Below, piece after piece: positions 36,470-49,310 of a DNA stretch of 64,000 nt. The DNA is from Camelus dromedarius (taxonomy: Eukaryota). Under the pieces are notes generated by a model, which saw nothing but the letters and a program-made list of their open reading frames with translations, was not told the origin of the DNA and ran no database searches. Position numbers and translations under genes: made by a program. Positions within the stretch are counted from its first letter, which is position 1, and each line of letters starts with the position of its first letter. The DNA is taken from assembly GCF_036321535.1 (NCBI RefSeq), contig NC_087436.1:95668001-95732000 (forward strand), written 5' to 3'.

Positions 36470-36688
36470 TAGGACTGAGATGAGGGTGAGGCAACTGGGG
36501 TGGGGCCACGCAATTATAGGATTGCATCCCGACTTTACTGAAAATTGTAAGATTTCATTCATCATGGACTTTTGCATTTATTTTGACTTTTTAAACCTGC
36601 ATTATCTTTATTACTGAGGTTTTGGCACCCTCTTACATTCGACGCCCACTGCCAAGGCCTCATTTGCCTCACCCCAGGATCAGCCCTG
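36470..36688. mobile_element. MER96B-like hAT element
   Basis: Inverted termini 'taggactgagatgagggtgaggcaa' and 'ttgcctcaccccaggatcagccctg'. Confidence 0.75.
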
Positions 36689-36854
36689 CTAAAGCCTTCT
36701 GCAAAAGGATTCCATCTCCTTTCAAAGCCCTGGCTATAGAGAAGCTACACTCAAGAGTCTCCAAGCCAAATTCCCCTATCAGGACTGGTCACCATGCAGC
36801 TCTGTGTCTACACTGGGTCGTTCCAGTCTCCTGAACCACAGCTTGAGGCCAGGT

Positions 36855-37020
36855 GGGGAGTTCTTGACCTGCAGTGTAAGGGTGGACTTGTAAGGGGAGC
36901 TGGTTCTGGAAACCCCTGAAATTTGATGCAAAATTATGTACATTTGCTGGGGAGATGGTTTATCATGCTCCTTCCATTCTCCAAGGAGCCTTGACCCCCT
37001 GAAGAGTAAGAATCGCAGCA
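36855..37020. mobile_element. hAT-Charlie element (MER103C-like)
   Basis: 'acccctgaaatttgatgcaaaattatg...ctggggagatgg...attctccaaggag...tgacccc...gtaagaatc'. Confidence 0.65.
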
Positions 37021-37439
37021 GTCTTCATAAAACCTTCAGGCTTTAGGGTGGATGCAAGAAATAGCAACAAGAAGTGCCTTCCCCATCTGCCCTGGTAAAA
37101 CAAGTTATCAGCCGCCTGATCTGTGGTCTATAAACAGTCTTGGGTGGGCCTGATACAAAGATGCAAGTGTTTCTCAAAGTTCAGAGGAAAACTTCCTCCC
37201 TCTTGCTCAACTGCAATCTCAGCTGGAGGATGCGAACTGGGTAGTCGGTCCACGCTGCCTTCCTTAATTTTCACTCCCTGCTGAGAATCTCTTTCAACCT
37301 TGCCATTGATCTCAGGCCATTGTTCTCTTTCGCAAACCCCAGACTTTCCTCTGGAACAGCCTTCCACCCCCTTGGCATCCTTTACCCATCCTTCGAGATC
37401 AGATTTCTCAACATTTCCGTGGGGGTGGGGGGGTGGAGC

Positions 37440-37645
37440 TAGGAACTTTACACACTCCCATTGCCCCGCAGATAACTTTTCTAGGTTGATTTGCATATTG
37501 ACCTATCTTGCCCACCAGCCTGGGAGCCAGGGAGGGCGGGAACCCAGTCCTATTTGTTTCCATAGCCCCAGCACCTGGCATAGAGTCAGTGTGTCCAAAA
37601 ACAGGGTTAGGCGGATGAATAAATAGATCCGTAAACGAATGAACA
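37440..37645 (+). mobile_element. L2 3' end
   Basis: 'gggagggcgggaacc...atagccccagcacctggcatagag...gatgaataaat...gaatgaa'. Confidence 0.7.
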
Positions 37646-39217
37646 ACACTCCCCCAACACGCCTGCATTTCCTAAATGAGGAGTGAGGCTTGGATAGACA
37701 CTAGCACGTCAGAGAGCCGAGCTGAGCCGAGCAGGGACTCCCCCCAGAGCCCCGCCCAGGCCAGCTGCAAGCCACCCGCAGCTGTGCGCTGAGGTCACCG
37801 TCCCGGCCCCCAGCAGTCCTTGCTACAGCGTGTGCCCCCTTGCCCTGCTTTTCCTTCCTTTTGCTGCTCCCTGGCTCAGAGCACAGAGGAGGGACACACT
37901 CATGGGGCAATTCAGAGGCGAGAAGTGTTCACTGCCCCCTGGCCAGGTCTGGAAATCCTGAATCTTATCGGTGATTCTCCGACTTTACCGTCGTGAGGAC
38001 CAAAATGAAAAACGTTTGATTCTTTCGAACCTACTTCAACAGCAGGTTAGAGAGAGCTGATGCATGCCCCAAAATGCATTTGTCCATGAACTTAAACATT
38101 CCTCTGCTTCCTCCCGCCGGAATTCGATTCCTAAGAAGTCTGATAAAATCTCCGGCTGGACAACCGCTCCATGCTCTGCGGGTCCCAAACACATTGCAGA
38201 AACTAGAAAAAGGGAGCTGGGAGGAGGGCGGCCTCGCCAGCTGGTTCGGTTCCTGCTCTGAAGTGGGGGAGCCTCCGAGGAAAACCTCAGGCCCGAACAC
38301 GTCTGTGATCATTCCTGAATCGTTAGACTTGCCACAAGCGAGAGGAAATTTTCAAACAACAAAGAGGACTTCCGTGGCCTGCTAAATGGGGCTTCTCCTT
38401 GAGTTCTGGTTCATTCTGGAGGCAGAGCCTCGCCTGCAGGGTTTCCTCAGAAAGCCACAGCAGCCCCCACCCCTCGCAGCCCCCCACTTCCCAGGAGCTC
38501 TTCTCAATGAGGCAAAGGATTTTTTTTTTTTTAATGTAAATAAACCCAGAAAAGACTCAGGGTTTTGAGTCATTGTTTGAGGAGCAGCCATTGGATCTTC
38601 TCTTGTCCACTTCTCAGAATTACTGGTCACTTCTCTGAAGAACACAAGAGCCCACATAGGAAAAGAGAGAACTATCCCAAATTTATATCTGGGAGTAGTC
38701 TAGAAAGCCATTATCCAATGTAAAGCCAAGGGCGTTTTTATCAAAAGAGAAACCATTTAGGAAGTGTTACTACAAGCCAGGCCCTTTATGTCCCGCTTAA
38801 TCTTCACTAACATCCTGCAAGGCAGGAGTTTTTATTCTGTTTTGCAGATGAGAAATGGTGGCTCGGGGTTGGGGTGTGGGTGTCAAGCTAACCCTTCCTT
38901 TGTCTCCTCCATCCAACCAGCCCTGTGCAGGGAGCGTGGCACCATGTGGTGATTCTGAGGATGTGTGTGACCACTGACACTCATCACAATCGTGACCAAA
39001 CCGGATATCTCTGAACCTAACCCAACACTCTTTGCTATAGAAGGCAGACTGGACCTCAGAATCCTTCTTAACAGCATTCCAGGCCTCGCCACTACCAATC
39101 AATCAGCATTGTCCTGAGATAAAGCCCGTTTGTCATTATTGGCACAGCAAGTAATCCGTAACTTTTTATGTCCATTTCCCTCTATCCTTCCTGCCTGCCT
39201 TCCTTAGCTTTTCTAGC

Positions 39218-39288
39218 TTGGATGGAAGGATGGATGGGCAGGTGGATGGGTGGATGGGTGGATGGGGAGGTGGATAGATGGGCAGATA
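39218..39288. repeat. Degenerate (GGAT)n
   Basis: Directly visible. Confidence 0.8.
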
Positions 39289-40369
39289 AAGGGAAATTGA
39301 GTTCTCATCTTACAGAGGAGACCTGGTTGGCATCACTCCTAATTCTGCTAACTTCATTCAATGCCAGTGATTCCTTGACAAAACTTGCTCTTGGCATAAG
39401 GCATATTTTGTGGCATTTGTTACAGGAACTGGTGAGATTCCTGGGTCATTCGGAGGCCAGGCAGGATCCTCAGAGTCAGCACTTTGCTTCTCACTCAGTC
39501 TTATTTCCTCCCCCTCTAACATATGCCTGAGCTTAAAAACATCCAGTCACCCCATACTTCCTTCTTCTTTTTAAAGCTCAAGCTGACAAGAGAAATTTCT
39601 CTCCCACTCACCTTTTTTCTTTTTTTTTCCCTATGCAAGGGGAAAAGACTTACAGCTCCGCCGTGGGGTGTGTAGGAATGGCCAGTTAAAAACTCTTCTG
39701 TGTCTTTGGAGCCATCAGCATCCTTGACCTATACCATTAGCTGCCTAGAGGTTCTGAATCATCCCATATTTTTCCAAGGCCCTTTCAGAAATGCTGGCTT
39801 CTAGTTTTAAACCAGTCCAGTGATGGTGATATCAGTGTATTCCTTCCCTTAGCAAAATACCACTCAGTGTTCTAGAGGAAGGAAATGTTAAGAAATCCTT
39901 ATTCAAGAGAGTTTGAAGAGGAATAAAACAGCTCTTATCAAGGAATATGTTTGAGATTTGAGTACAAGAAAATCAGAAGCATGTGGATTGCGTGCTATTA
40001 AAACAGGCTTTTGTTTCCCCAGGAAGGAAAATACTTGGAAAATATACATTTTATAAAATGACATATATTGGAAAATAGCTGAAGATTTTTAAGGAAACCA
40101 AAATGTAGCAGAGATGGTCCAACCCAGGTTATAAATATCCTGGAACCAGCTGGGGAATAAAATTAGGTGTAAAATCATGGTATCATTTCTAATTCCAAGC
40201 TGGAAATGACACATTTCTTGTGGATTTCTAAAAAAGAAAAAATGCTATACTGAAGGCTATAAGATGAGGTTCTGTTTTGTTGTCTTTGGTTTAATATTAG
40301 TTACAATAATAATTCTTTTCACTGAACTCCCAGACCATGAAAGGTAAAATTGCAGAAGTGAAGACAGGC

Positions 40370-40585
40370 CCTGAAGTCAGGCTGTTGACTTTAGTAATGG
40401 CTCTGCCCCCACCAGCCAAGGGATTGGGGGCAAGATCATTCACCTCTCTGTGCCCTGGTGAGAACCTGAAAAGTAAGAATAATAATACAAATAATAATAA
40501 TAATTGCTACACATACCATCTGGGTAAAACACTTGAAATAAATGCCTGGTGCATGGGAAGTTCTCAGTAAGTGTTAGCTGGTGCT
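40370..40585 (+). mobile_element. MIR SINE
   Basis: 'gggcaagatcattcacctctctgtgcc...gtaaaacacttgaa...atgcctggtgcat...ctcagtaagtgttagc'. Confidence 0.7.
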
Positions 40586-40639
40586 ATTTGCCATCCTGCC
40601 TGGAAGGTTCTGCCACTAGGGACTCCATGGCTCCGTCAC

Positions 40640-41078
40640 TCGTGTCAAAAACAGACAAGCCTTTAGCTAGACTGACAAAGAAAAAACTGACATGAAATGA
40701 AACGAAAGTGAAATTATTACAACCAACCTTAAAGAAATGAAAAGGATTAGAAGAGAATACTGTGAACAACCTCACACCACCAAGTCAGATAACCTAGACG
40801 GGACAGCAAGTTCTCAGAAACACAGCACACCAGTTGCTTAAACTGACTCAAGAAGAAATCGAAAACCACACAGACCTACAGCACGTAAGGAGACTGAGTC
40901 AGAACACTCCCAACATAAAACGTCCGGAACTGGATATCTTCACGGGTGAATTCTATTAAACACGTAAAGAAAAACGAACACCAATCTTTCTCAAACTCTT
41001 CCGAAAGATAGAAGAGGAGGATACACTCTCTAACTCATTAATTCTCTGATGCCAGTGTTAACTACTCCAATACCAAAA
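40640..41078 (+). mobile_element. L1 ORF2 internal fragment
   Basis: 'gacaagcctttagctagactgacaaag', 'aaactgactcaagaagaaat', 'cttcacgggtgaattctat...ccaatctttctcaaactcttcc...atagaagaggagg'. Confidence 0.9.
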
Positions 41079-41139
41079 TTCTTCGCTCATTTCTTTCAAG
41101 AGTCTGATCCTTCTGTGTAACTACAGCTTCACTCCCTCC

Positions 41140-41365
41140 ACATGCACACTTATTCCCTCACCCTCATTTATTTTTTCATAGAACTTATTACAGTTGATAC
41201 ATACTTATTTGCTTATTTATTTATTGAATCTCTTGCCCCACTAGATTGTAAGCCCAGTCAGAGCAGGGAATTTGGGGGTTTTCCCACGGTAGACTTCTCC
41301 CTGCCTAGGAGAGTGCTTACCACATAAGAGGTGCTCATAAAAATGTGTTGACTGAATACATAAAT
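41140..41365 (+). mobile_element. L2a-like 3' end
   Basis: 'ccccactagattgtaagccc...gagcaggga...gtgctcataaaaatgtgttgactgaata'. Confidence 0.85.
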
Positions 41366-41379
41366 CGTCTAATCATTCT

Positions 41380-41800
41380 TTCACTGAGGAAGAATACAGC
41401 GATAACTAAAGAGGACCAAGGGATTGCAGAACTCCAGGACATAGCTGACTAGAAGAAAACATGCCTTTAGAGGCAGTAAGCAAGTGTTGTGTCAGGGAAA
41501 CGAAGGGAAATGAGTTTTCTGAAAAGCAGGGAATGGTCAGCAGTATCAATTAATGCTGAGAAATCAAGTGTAGCAAGAACAAACGTGTCCACTGGACTGA
41601 GCTGCATGAAGGTCATTGGCCACTTAGAGTCACGTGGGGGCATCCTACGGCCAGAAGCCGGAAGCCAGGCTGCTCTGAAGGGTGGATGAGAGGAGGTGGT
41701 ACATTCTAACAACATCTTAAAGAAGTTTTTCTACAGAGATACATATTCAGAGATACGGAAATTGCTGGAGAGGGTAAGATAAGTGAGGATATTGTGTTTA
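41380..41800 (-). mobile_element. L2 fragment
   Basis: 'gaatggtcagcagtatcaattaatgctgagaaatcaag...gtccactggact...gaaggtcattgg'. Confidence 0.7.
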
Positions 41801-42733
41801 AGTGGGAAAGACCCACCGATGGCTAAAAGCCTACAGAAGGGACCAAGCTGAGAAAAAAGAAGTTGCCTATTCAGGAGAGGCAAGGGTCCCAGAAGGAGAG
41901 GCATGGGACCCAGACCTTAGGACTTGCTTAGGGAGGAGCTTACCCACACCCTCAGGCTGCAGACAAAGACTACAGGAAAACAAGACCCAGAGAGCTGATG
42001 TGCCGATGCACCCAGCTCTGATGTGCAGCCCCAGCCAGGACCCAGGTCTCCTGACACCCGGTCCAGCGCTCTTTCTACTGTGCAGTTTTTCTCTCTTGCT
42101 CAAATTAGAGCGCTCAAGGGGCAGTGAGGAGGGGAGAGGAATAGAAACCAAAGCTGATGAGTAGAAGCTGCCTGCTGTAATAGACGTCGGCACTGAAGAC
42201 TTTGGAGGGAAGGAATGCCTTCCCACAACGGTGCTCCCTTCCGTGTGGCGTGGCCCCATCAGCACAGCGGTCTTCCTGCAGCCCCCACCCAGCCCTCCCC
42301 AGGACAGGACGGTGGAGGGACTGCCCTGATTAGTGAGTCTGTGAGGAGAAACTGGACATGCACAGCCTGGCCCCTTCCTGTCTCCTCTTCGTTTTAGGAA
42401 ATAGCAGAGAAGACATGCTCTAGATGGCTTTCACACCCATGGGAAGCAGAGCAGTAAAGCCTGACTCCACCCCTGCCCTGTGTGGAGGCTCACGGTGGTC
42501 CTACCCTGCGCTGGCCAGATGGGCAGTCCTGCCAGTACGTGGCCTCAGGATGAGGAAGTCCACTTGCCCACAGACGTATCCCACGTTCACATCAGTCTTA
42601 TCAGTCGGAGAGATGATATTTTGGTCTCCACCTGCCTTTCTCCTTTGTCTTTTTTTTTCAGTAGGTTCAACAAAAATGAGGAAGAAGGGTGCCAATCACT
42701 CCAATGGAAATTACGCTATTAAAGTCAGCATGA

Positions 42734-42825
42734 GGTGGGAGGGTATAGCTCAATGGTAGAGCACATGCTGAGCATGCATGAGGTCCTGGGTTCAAAATAA
42801 ATAAATAAAAATAATATTAAAAAAT
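42734..42825 (+). mobile_element. Camelid tRNA-derived SINE (Vic-1-like), short form
   Basis: 'gggagggtatagctcaatggtagagcacatgctgagcatgcatgaggtcctgggttcaa' followed directly by an (AAAT)n tail. Confidence 0.88.
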
Positions 42826-44669
42826 TAAGTTGGCATATGAAACTGGATTCTCAAAATGACCATTTTCATGGCATAAAGACAAAAAAAATCATAAAACACA
42901 ATAGGAATATTTTCTGATTCGATTTAAACAATGAAAAGTGCATCTTTTCCAGAGAAAAAGAGCACTCTTCATGTAGAATATGGGGGCCTGAGTCCTTTCG
43001 TGGATGTGGAAAACCCTAAGGACCCGCTGTGTTAATCCAGTTGGATCAAAGTGCAAGATCACAGTTGATAGTTTTTCCATCCCTTTCTAGGATTCTAGTG
43101 TTTTCTGTGCAGAAACAGCCACCGCCACATCCACAATTTCAGACTTGAGACGACGACCCAGGCTCATCACGACCCGTGAAGAGGCCGCACAGCTACAGCC
43201 GGTCTGCGAGGGCCGGGGAGAGACCTGCCAACAGACATTCTTTGCTGATGAGGAAAACACATCAGAGACTGTAAAACTAGGTGCTGGCACCATATGTAAC
43301 CACGGATCTAGCCGTCAACTCCCTGCTCTCCGACTTTTTCGCTGCCAAATAGTTGATCCTAGTAATCATTTCAGAAACATTCACTATCACCTTCTCCGAT
43401 TACTTCAGTTTCCATATTTCAAACTGAAAAATACTGGCCTTGACTCTACAACTTCTCTCTCCTGCTCCTAAAATGCTCTTTGGAAATTTCCCAAATAATC
43501 TTTAGGCCTATCAGTGAGGACAAAGATTAGCAGTGAAATCCCTCTTGCAATTTTCTTTGAAAAGAAACAAAGGGGCTGGAGATTATTCAGAGACTCTAGG
43601 GCACATCAGAGCTCGTGGGACATCAGAGTCTGGGGTGGGAGAGTGAGCTGAGGGAAACACTGCCAGGCTCCAAGTGGGGCCGTGCTGTCTCACGCCCCCG
43701 GCCCTGCAGGGAATGGCCTCCAGCCTTCCCCCATCCTCGCGCAGTTCAGTTTTGAAGTTCCCAGAGAGAGGATCTGGTCTCTTTGGTTTCTAAGAGGCAA
43801 GCACTTCCTCCACCAATGCCCCTCTTCCAAAAAAAACAGCCCATGGTACGAAGCTGCCTAAGAGGAAGATGGGGCACTATCAGAACAGTGGGATTGGAGG
43901 CTGGGGGGCAAAGCTGTGAGCATCACATTAGACCCCCCCCATACCCGACCCCAACAGGAAGTCCTCTAGGCATCAATACAGTGGCTTAATTTATCCCTGA
44001 CTGTTTGTTCCAGGGTGACCCTGGGGCTCTCATTCAGAGTTCATTCACTGCATAGTGACCACGCCCTTCTGGGCAAGGACACATCAGGGAACAAGACGGA
44101 CACGGTCCCTGCCTGCATGCCGCTCACAGCCTCCTTACATCATCAGCCTCGACGTACAAACCACTGGGCTCACCCTGGTCATTACAAGCCCCCAGTTGCT
44201 GTAAAACAATCCCATTGAAACCTCCACCCCGGTCTCACAGAAAGCCTGGGTAGGAAGGCCAGCATTGACCGGCACAGACTAGCAACACTGAGAACTGGGA
44301 TCTCTGAGTTCAACTCATCTGCAGGTTAACAGGTGAGCTCTGAGTGCAAGGAAATGCAGAGTGTGATAATGACACACGCTGATCGCCAGCTGGTGGCCCT
44401 GGGGGTCAGCAGACAACAGCACAGCTTGTCGGAAACTTTGAACCGAGTTTCCAATATTGGCACATAGTAGTTCAAATAAATCAATGTTCCCATTTCAGCA
44501 GATTCGTTTGTAAGAAATAATAATTTTCCATTCAAAGAATGAGCTGAGCCACATATGTGTGTATGTGTGTGTGTTTAGATGTGTCAATGAGCAAGTAGAG
44601 GAAGAATTAACTTTTTCCTTTGTTTTTCATCTAGGCATCCATGGTGGTCAGTGTCAGGGAAAATTACAA

Positions 44670-45030
44670 GTCTGGGGGCTTCTGAGTTTAACTCTCTAAA
44701 TTATTCATCTGCATGGCCTTGGGAGAAGTTACTTCTCTGAAGTTTGTTCTCTGAGGTCTGATGAGATTTTCCTCATCTATACTATGAGAATAACTATATC
44801 TACCATTTTTCATGCACTTACCTTGTGCCAGGCACTATGCTGAAAATTTTAAGCATATTTTGTAATTTAATTTGTCCCCAAATCCCCTGAGGTTTTGTTT
44901 ACACTGATTTTACAGATGAAGAGTCAGACAGAGGGCAGTTAAGTAACTTGCCTAAAGTCGAGGCTGGCAAATGTGGAAGAGGCAGGATTTTAACCAGGTG
45001 TGTCTGACCCCAAAGCCCACACTCTCCAAC
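44670..45030. mobile_element. Two MIRs in opposite orientation
   Basis: Plus core 'ggccttgggagaagttac...ttttcctcatctat'; minus 'tgtgccaggcactatgct...ttttacagatgaag...gttaagtaacttgcctaaagtc'. Confidence 0.8.
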
Positions 45031-45099
45031 AACATCATTCTACTACCTTCATGCAGGGTGTTTCTGGTAGGACAAGAGGTGACCATAAAAACTCCAAAT

Positions 45100-45445
45100 T
45101 TTCTCTCACAATTATCAGGGACTGCAGCTCCTTTTTGTTGCTTTGCCATTGTTGACCTCCTGGTCTGACATGGCTGTTTACATCCAGCCATCATGTCCAC
45201 ATTCCAGTCTGCAGAGAAAGGAAGAGGCAACAAGGAGCATGTCCCTCCTGGTTACAGCTGCTCCCTAAAAACTGCACACAGCACTTCTGTTCACATCCCA
45301 ATGACTACATGGGCATTCACAGCTACAAGAAAAGCTGGGCTCTGTGGTCTTATTGCAGGAAGTCATATGCCTCGTCTAAAAAAAGGAAGGGTTAAATAAT
45401 TAAGGAAGAAGAGAAGAATAGGTACTGGAGGACAATGTCTGGCAC
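45100..45445 (-). mobile_element. MLT1J/K-like LTR fragment
   Basis: 'catggctg...ccagccatcatgtccacattccag...cacttctgttcacatccca...agctacaagaaaagctggg'. Confidence 0.75.
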
Positions 45446-47979
45446 AGAGATTACTGAAATTCTGAAGGGTAATGTATATGAAGCACTCATTTCACTGCCG
45501 GGCACACAGCAGGCACCTGGAACATCACACCATTTGTCATATATTATCATTAACCTACGTTTGGCATCCTGCAGAACACATGCAGAAAATCATGAATTCA
45601 AATCCAACAGGGAAAGGTCATAGCAAAAGGGTGGGAGAAGGAAACATTTTAAAATCACCATGATATTATGCCCTGGTGCCGCCTACCTCACACGCACCAA
45701 AGGGCCGCCTTTGCTCACTGGCAGCATCCACGGGACTGTGTGGAGGCTGCTAGTGAGTAACGGCTCCCGCAGCCATCCCTGGCGGAACCGGTCTCGCACA
45801 TGACCCGCCAGGTGATGCTATCACAGGTGGCTCTGGGTAAGTAATTTCTACAGCAGCCGTTAATGGAAATGCAGTTTTCATTACAGTAAGAAAATTGAAG
45901 TCTCCGCCAGCCTCTATGGGTTCCATGTGATCCATCCCTCGTTTCTCATCAGATTCTGTGTTGTTTTCATTGCCCTCTCCCCCCCCACACACCCCCGTGA
46001 TTAGCCTTTATCTTGAAGGGTAGGGGGCGGGGTAATTGAAAGCCCCAGGAAATCGTCACCCCTTACTGCCATTTCACAATCTTCCTGCAGCCGTCCTGAT
46101 ACCAGGGCTCCGAACAAGTAGGAAAGGGCCAGTTTAATTTGAAGTGGAGATATTATCTAGTAGGGAAGGTTCCAGATGGCTGCCTGGAGTTGAAGTGACA
46201 CACGCAGCCTGTGGAAGGGCAAATAGGAAGGGGGAAGAGGGAAAAGTGCTGGCATCACAGGACCCATGTCACTGAAAAGCTCTCAAATGTGTGGGACAGC
46301 TTCCCCTGGGAGCGAGGACGTTATCTGGGCATGGATACTGTGCACACCTCCCCAACACAACGTAAGTCTTCAACTCAGTTTGCCTCCTGCTCTTTGAACT
46401 GCAGATGATCTGTGACTGAGCAAATTTTCTCCCTTCCTAGGAAAAAAAGTGAACTGAGGACAGTGCAGAGCGGCTCCCCCAGATGCCCCTTTCCTCTGAA
46501 TTCGGCGTCACCGTCCCTTGGCTCCTGGTGGCTCAGCAGCCCCGCGCCCTCTCCTGCTGGCTCTGCAGGCCCCTCCCTGGCAGCATGTCTGTCGCGCCGC
46601 CCCCTCGACAGAGTGAGCCCAGAGCTAATAGATCTGCGGCAGGGAGACCACCTGCTCAGCCACGCAGGTGGAGGCCTTCCACCCCAAACTTGCTGAGGAA
46701 GCCGAGAGTGCTTGACACCCTCCGTCGGGCGGAGGCTCACCCCCACTTGCCGCTTCGTCTTAGCTCTTCCCTGTTCTTTTCCTGTCACAGCTCATCGTGT
46801 GGCCAGCTGGGTCCTGGCAGCTATTTTCTTAGCCCAGAACGGGTCCTGTATCAACCACGTGCGAGTAATTTCCCGAAGGGGAACTGTGGTAAAATCAGGA
46901 AGGAGGGCAAGGCTGATGTTAGCAGGCACCCAGAATCAAAGTCTTCCCGTAACCTCGTTGCAGCCACAAGCAAGCTGACGCGCAGTGGTGATGGGGAGAT
47001 GCGCCTAAGCCTTCCCGAGAGCAGAATGCCTTTTCTGTTTGATTGCTCAAGACGTTCGCAGGCAGCAAATTGCCGTGTCCCCCATTCATTCATTCACATG
47101 TCCTCAAACTCTTCTTCATGCCCAGTCTCTCTCTTTCAGGGGATACCTTTTTCATCACGACTGATGGGCATCAGTGGCACTGGAGCTACACCTATCCGTT
47201 AGTCTCCTGGAGGGCACCCTACCCCAACTTGCAGGCAAAGTGGGATTCCAGGCAGGGGATCATTTCACTGGTCAGTCAGTTGGATTCAGGTTCCCTCTTC
47301 AAGCCTGTAAACTTCTTAATCCCCACTCTAACCCTTGAATCGTGTTTCATTAGCACTTGCGGATCCAGGAGGCATTTGAGCCTGTAAATAGCAGGATCAG
47401 TAGAAGACCAGCAGAGTCTGCCTTTCCTCCGCTTCTTTTGCATCTATGAATTCAGTGAAACCACATGACGCCCCTCCAAGGCCCCAAACATGGAGCTGAC
47501 CCCTGTTCCTTGCCTCCTGCGAAAAGGTAGGCCGGCAGTGCCAGAGGACAGAGGACAGAGGCCAAGGAAGGACAGAACCTCAGGTGGCAGATTTCAGATC
47601 TGCAAGGATCCTTGGAGACCATCCTTGCATGCCACGTCACAGAGGGAAGTGCAGTGGTCAGAATCACGCACAAAGCCGTGGCAGAGCCAGGCCCAGAGAC
47701 CATACCTCCTCCCTGTTCAGGGCTCTCTCTGATGTGCCCAGTGTGCTTGGTGAAATGCCGGCCGATCTGTGCCAAAGGATATTCCCTGAATGCTAGAGTT
47801 CTCAACATCATGGGAGGATAACAAAGAGACAAATGTAGACCAACTGACAGAGAGAAAGGGACAGAAACTACTTTTGATTTACAAGCATCTGCTGCTACTC
47901 TCGGTCTGTTCACAAGAGGGAAGGGGGCTGAATGGATCTGAAGGATGAGAAGGGAAACCAAGCGTGGGAACTAGCCTGA

Positions 47980-48160
47980 GTGGATCACAATCCCAGCTCT
48001 CCACACTTACTAGCTGTGTTGCTTAATTTTTCTGCGCCTCGGTTCATGCATCTGTAAGTGGAAATAATAAAACTATCTCCTCAAAGGTGAGGACTGAATG
48101 AGTCATTTCATGGAAAGCACTTTGGACAGTACCTGACACGTCGCCAGCAGTTGCTGTTGT
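47980..48160 (+). mobile_element. MIR SINE
   Basis: 'aatcccagctctccacacttactagctgtg...ctgcgcctcggtt...catctgtaa...ggaaagcact'. Confidence 0.8.
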
Positions 48161-48296
48161 TACCATGAAAGGGAAGCAGGAGGAACAGCTGGGAGAAAAG
48201 CCAGAGCACTGGCTCTAAGTAGATCACCTTCCCTGTTTCTGGCAGTGCTGCTAGGGGGAAGTGTAGTGCCATGAAAAGGGCCTGAGTTTAAAAACC

Positions 48297-48700
48297 ATAT
48301 TAGTTAGTGTACAGCTAAGCTGCTGTAACAAAGAGGCCCCCAAATGCCAAGACTTAGAGAAGAAAGAAGAGTATTGCTCTGTCACTTCATAAGCCAGAGG
48401 TGGACTATGCTGGTCAGTAAAGAAGCTCTGTTCTTTACAGTCACCCTGGAATCTTGGTTCTCCTCAGCTGGCTGCTCAGCCATCCCTCCAGGATCTTGCC
48501 ACACTGAGTCACCACCACATCCTGATGTTAGGCAGCAGGGGGAAGGGAGAAAACACAGGGGAGACACCCATAATCTGAAGGTTCCCACTAAGAAGGGCAC
48601 CATGGTTTCTGCTCACATTTCAAATGCCAGAACTTCATCACGTGGTCATACCTAGCTGCAAGGGAGGCTGGAAGTGGAGTCTAGCTGGGCAGCCACAGAC
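48297..48700 (-). mobile_element. MLT1J-like LTR
   Basis: 'gctaagctgctgtaacaaagag...ttctgctcacatt...gccagaact...gtggtcatacctagctgcaagggaggctgg'. Confidence 0.8.
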
Positions 48701-48799
48701 CCCGAAAGGCGGGGACAGCAGCACTATGTCCTACCCCAGTTCCCTCCATTCCCAGTTGTGTTTGGGAGCCAGTTATATAACCACTTTTCACCTCTTTTT

Positions 48800-49310
48800 C
48801 TTCATTCACTTAACCAATCTCTACTGTCCATCCCTGTTTCTTTCCACAAGTATTTCCTGAGCACCTACTATGTGCAGGCACTGGTCTAGGTCCTGAGATA
48901 CAGCTTTGAACAAGGCAGACCAAGCCCTGTCCCATCTGAGGCAGATTCACTGTCAGGCTAATGAGGAGTCTTCCAGGGACCTTTTCTTTTTATTCTAAAT
49001 TCATATTCCTGTTCATGCTCAACTTTCTATTCTTAATTTTTAATTGCTTTTCTGAAAAAGGATTGCAGGTTTATACGCTCTTCAGGCCCCACTAAACCTG
49101 AATCTGCCCCTAACTGCTCCCACAGAGCTAACTTCCTAGTTTGGAGAAAGAAGGTAAACCAGTAAAATGAACTTGCACTACATCAGTGGTGGTGAGTGTT
49201 ATGTAAATCAGAAAGGCAGAGTAAGGCGAGAGAGCACTGCTGTATTGAGTGTGGTTTGAGACCCTCTCTGAAGGGTTATTATGCGGGCAGAAATTGAACA
49301 AGGGGAGTTG
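48800..49310 (-). mobile_element. L2 fragments
   Basis: 'acaagtatttcctgagcacctactatgtgcaggcactggtctagg...gatacagc...gaacaaggcagac'. Confidence 0.75.

Noticed and set aside
42734..42795. tRNA-like sequence
   Set aside because: No acceptor-stem closure and it runs into an A-rich tail, so it is a SINE head and not a tRNA gene.
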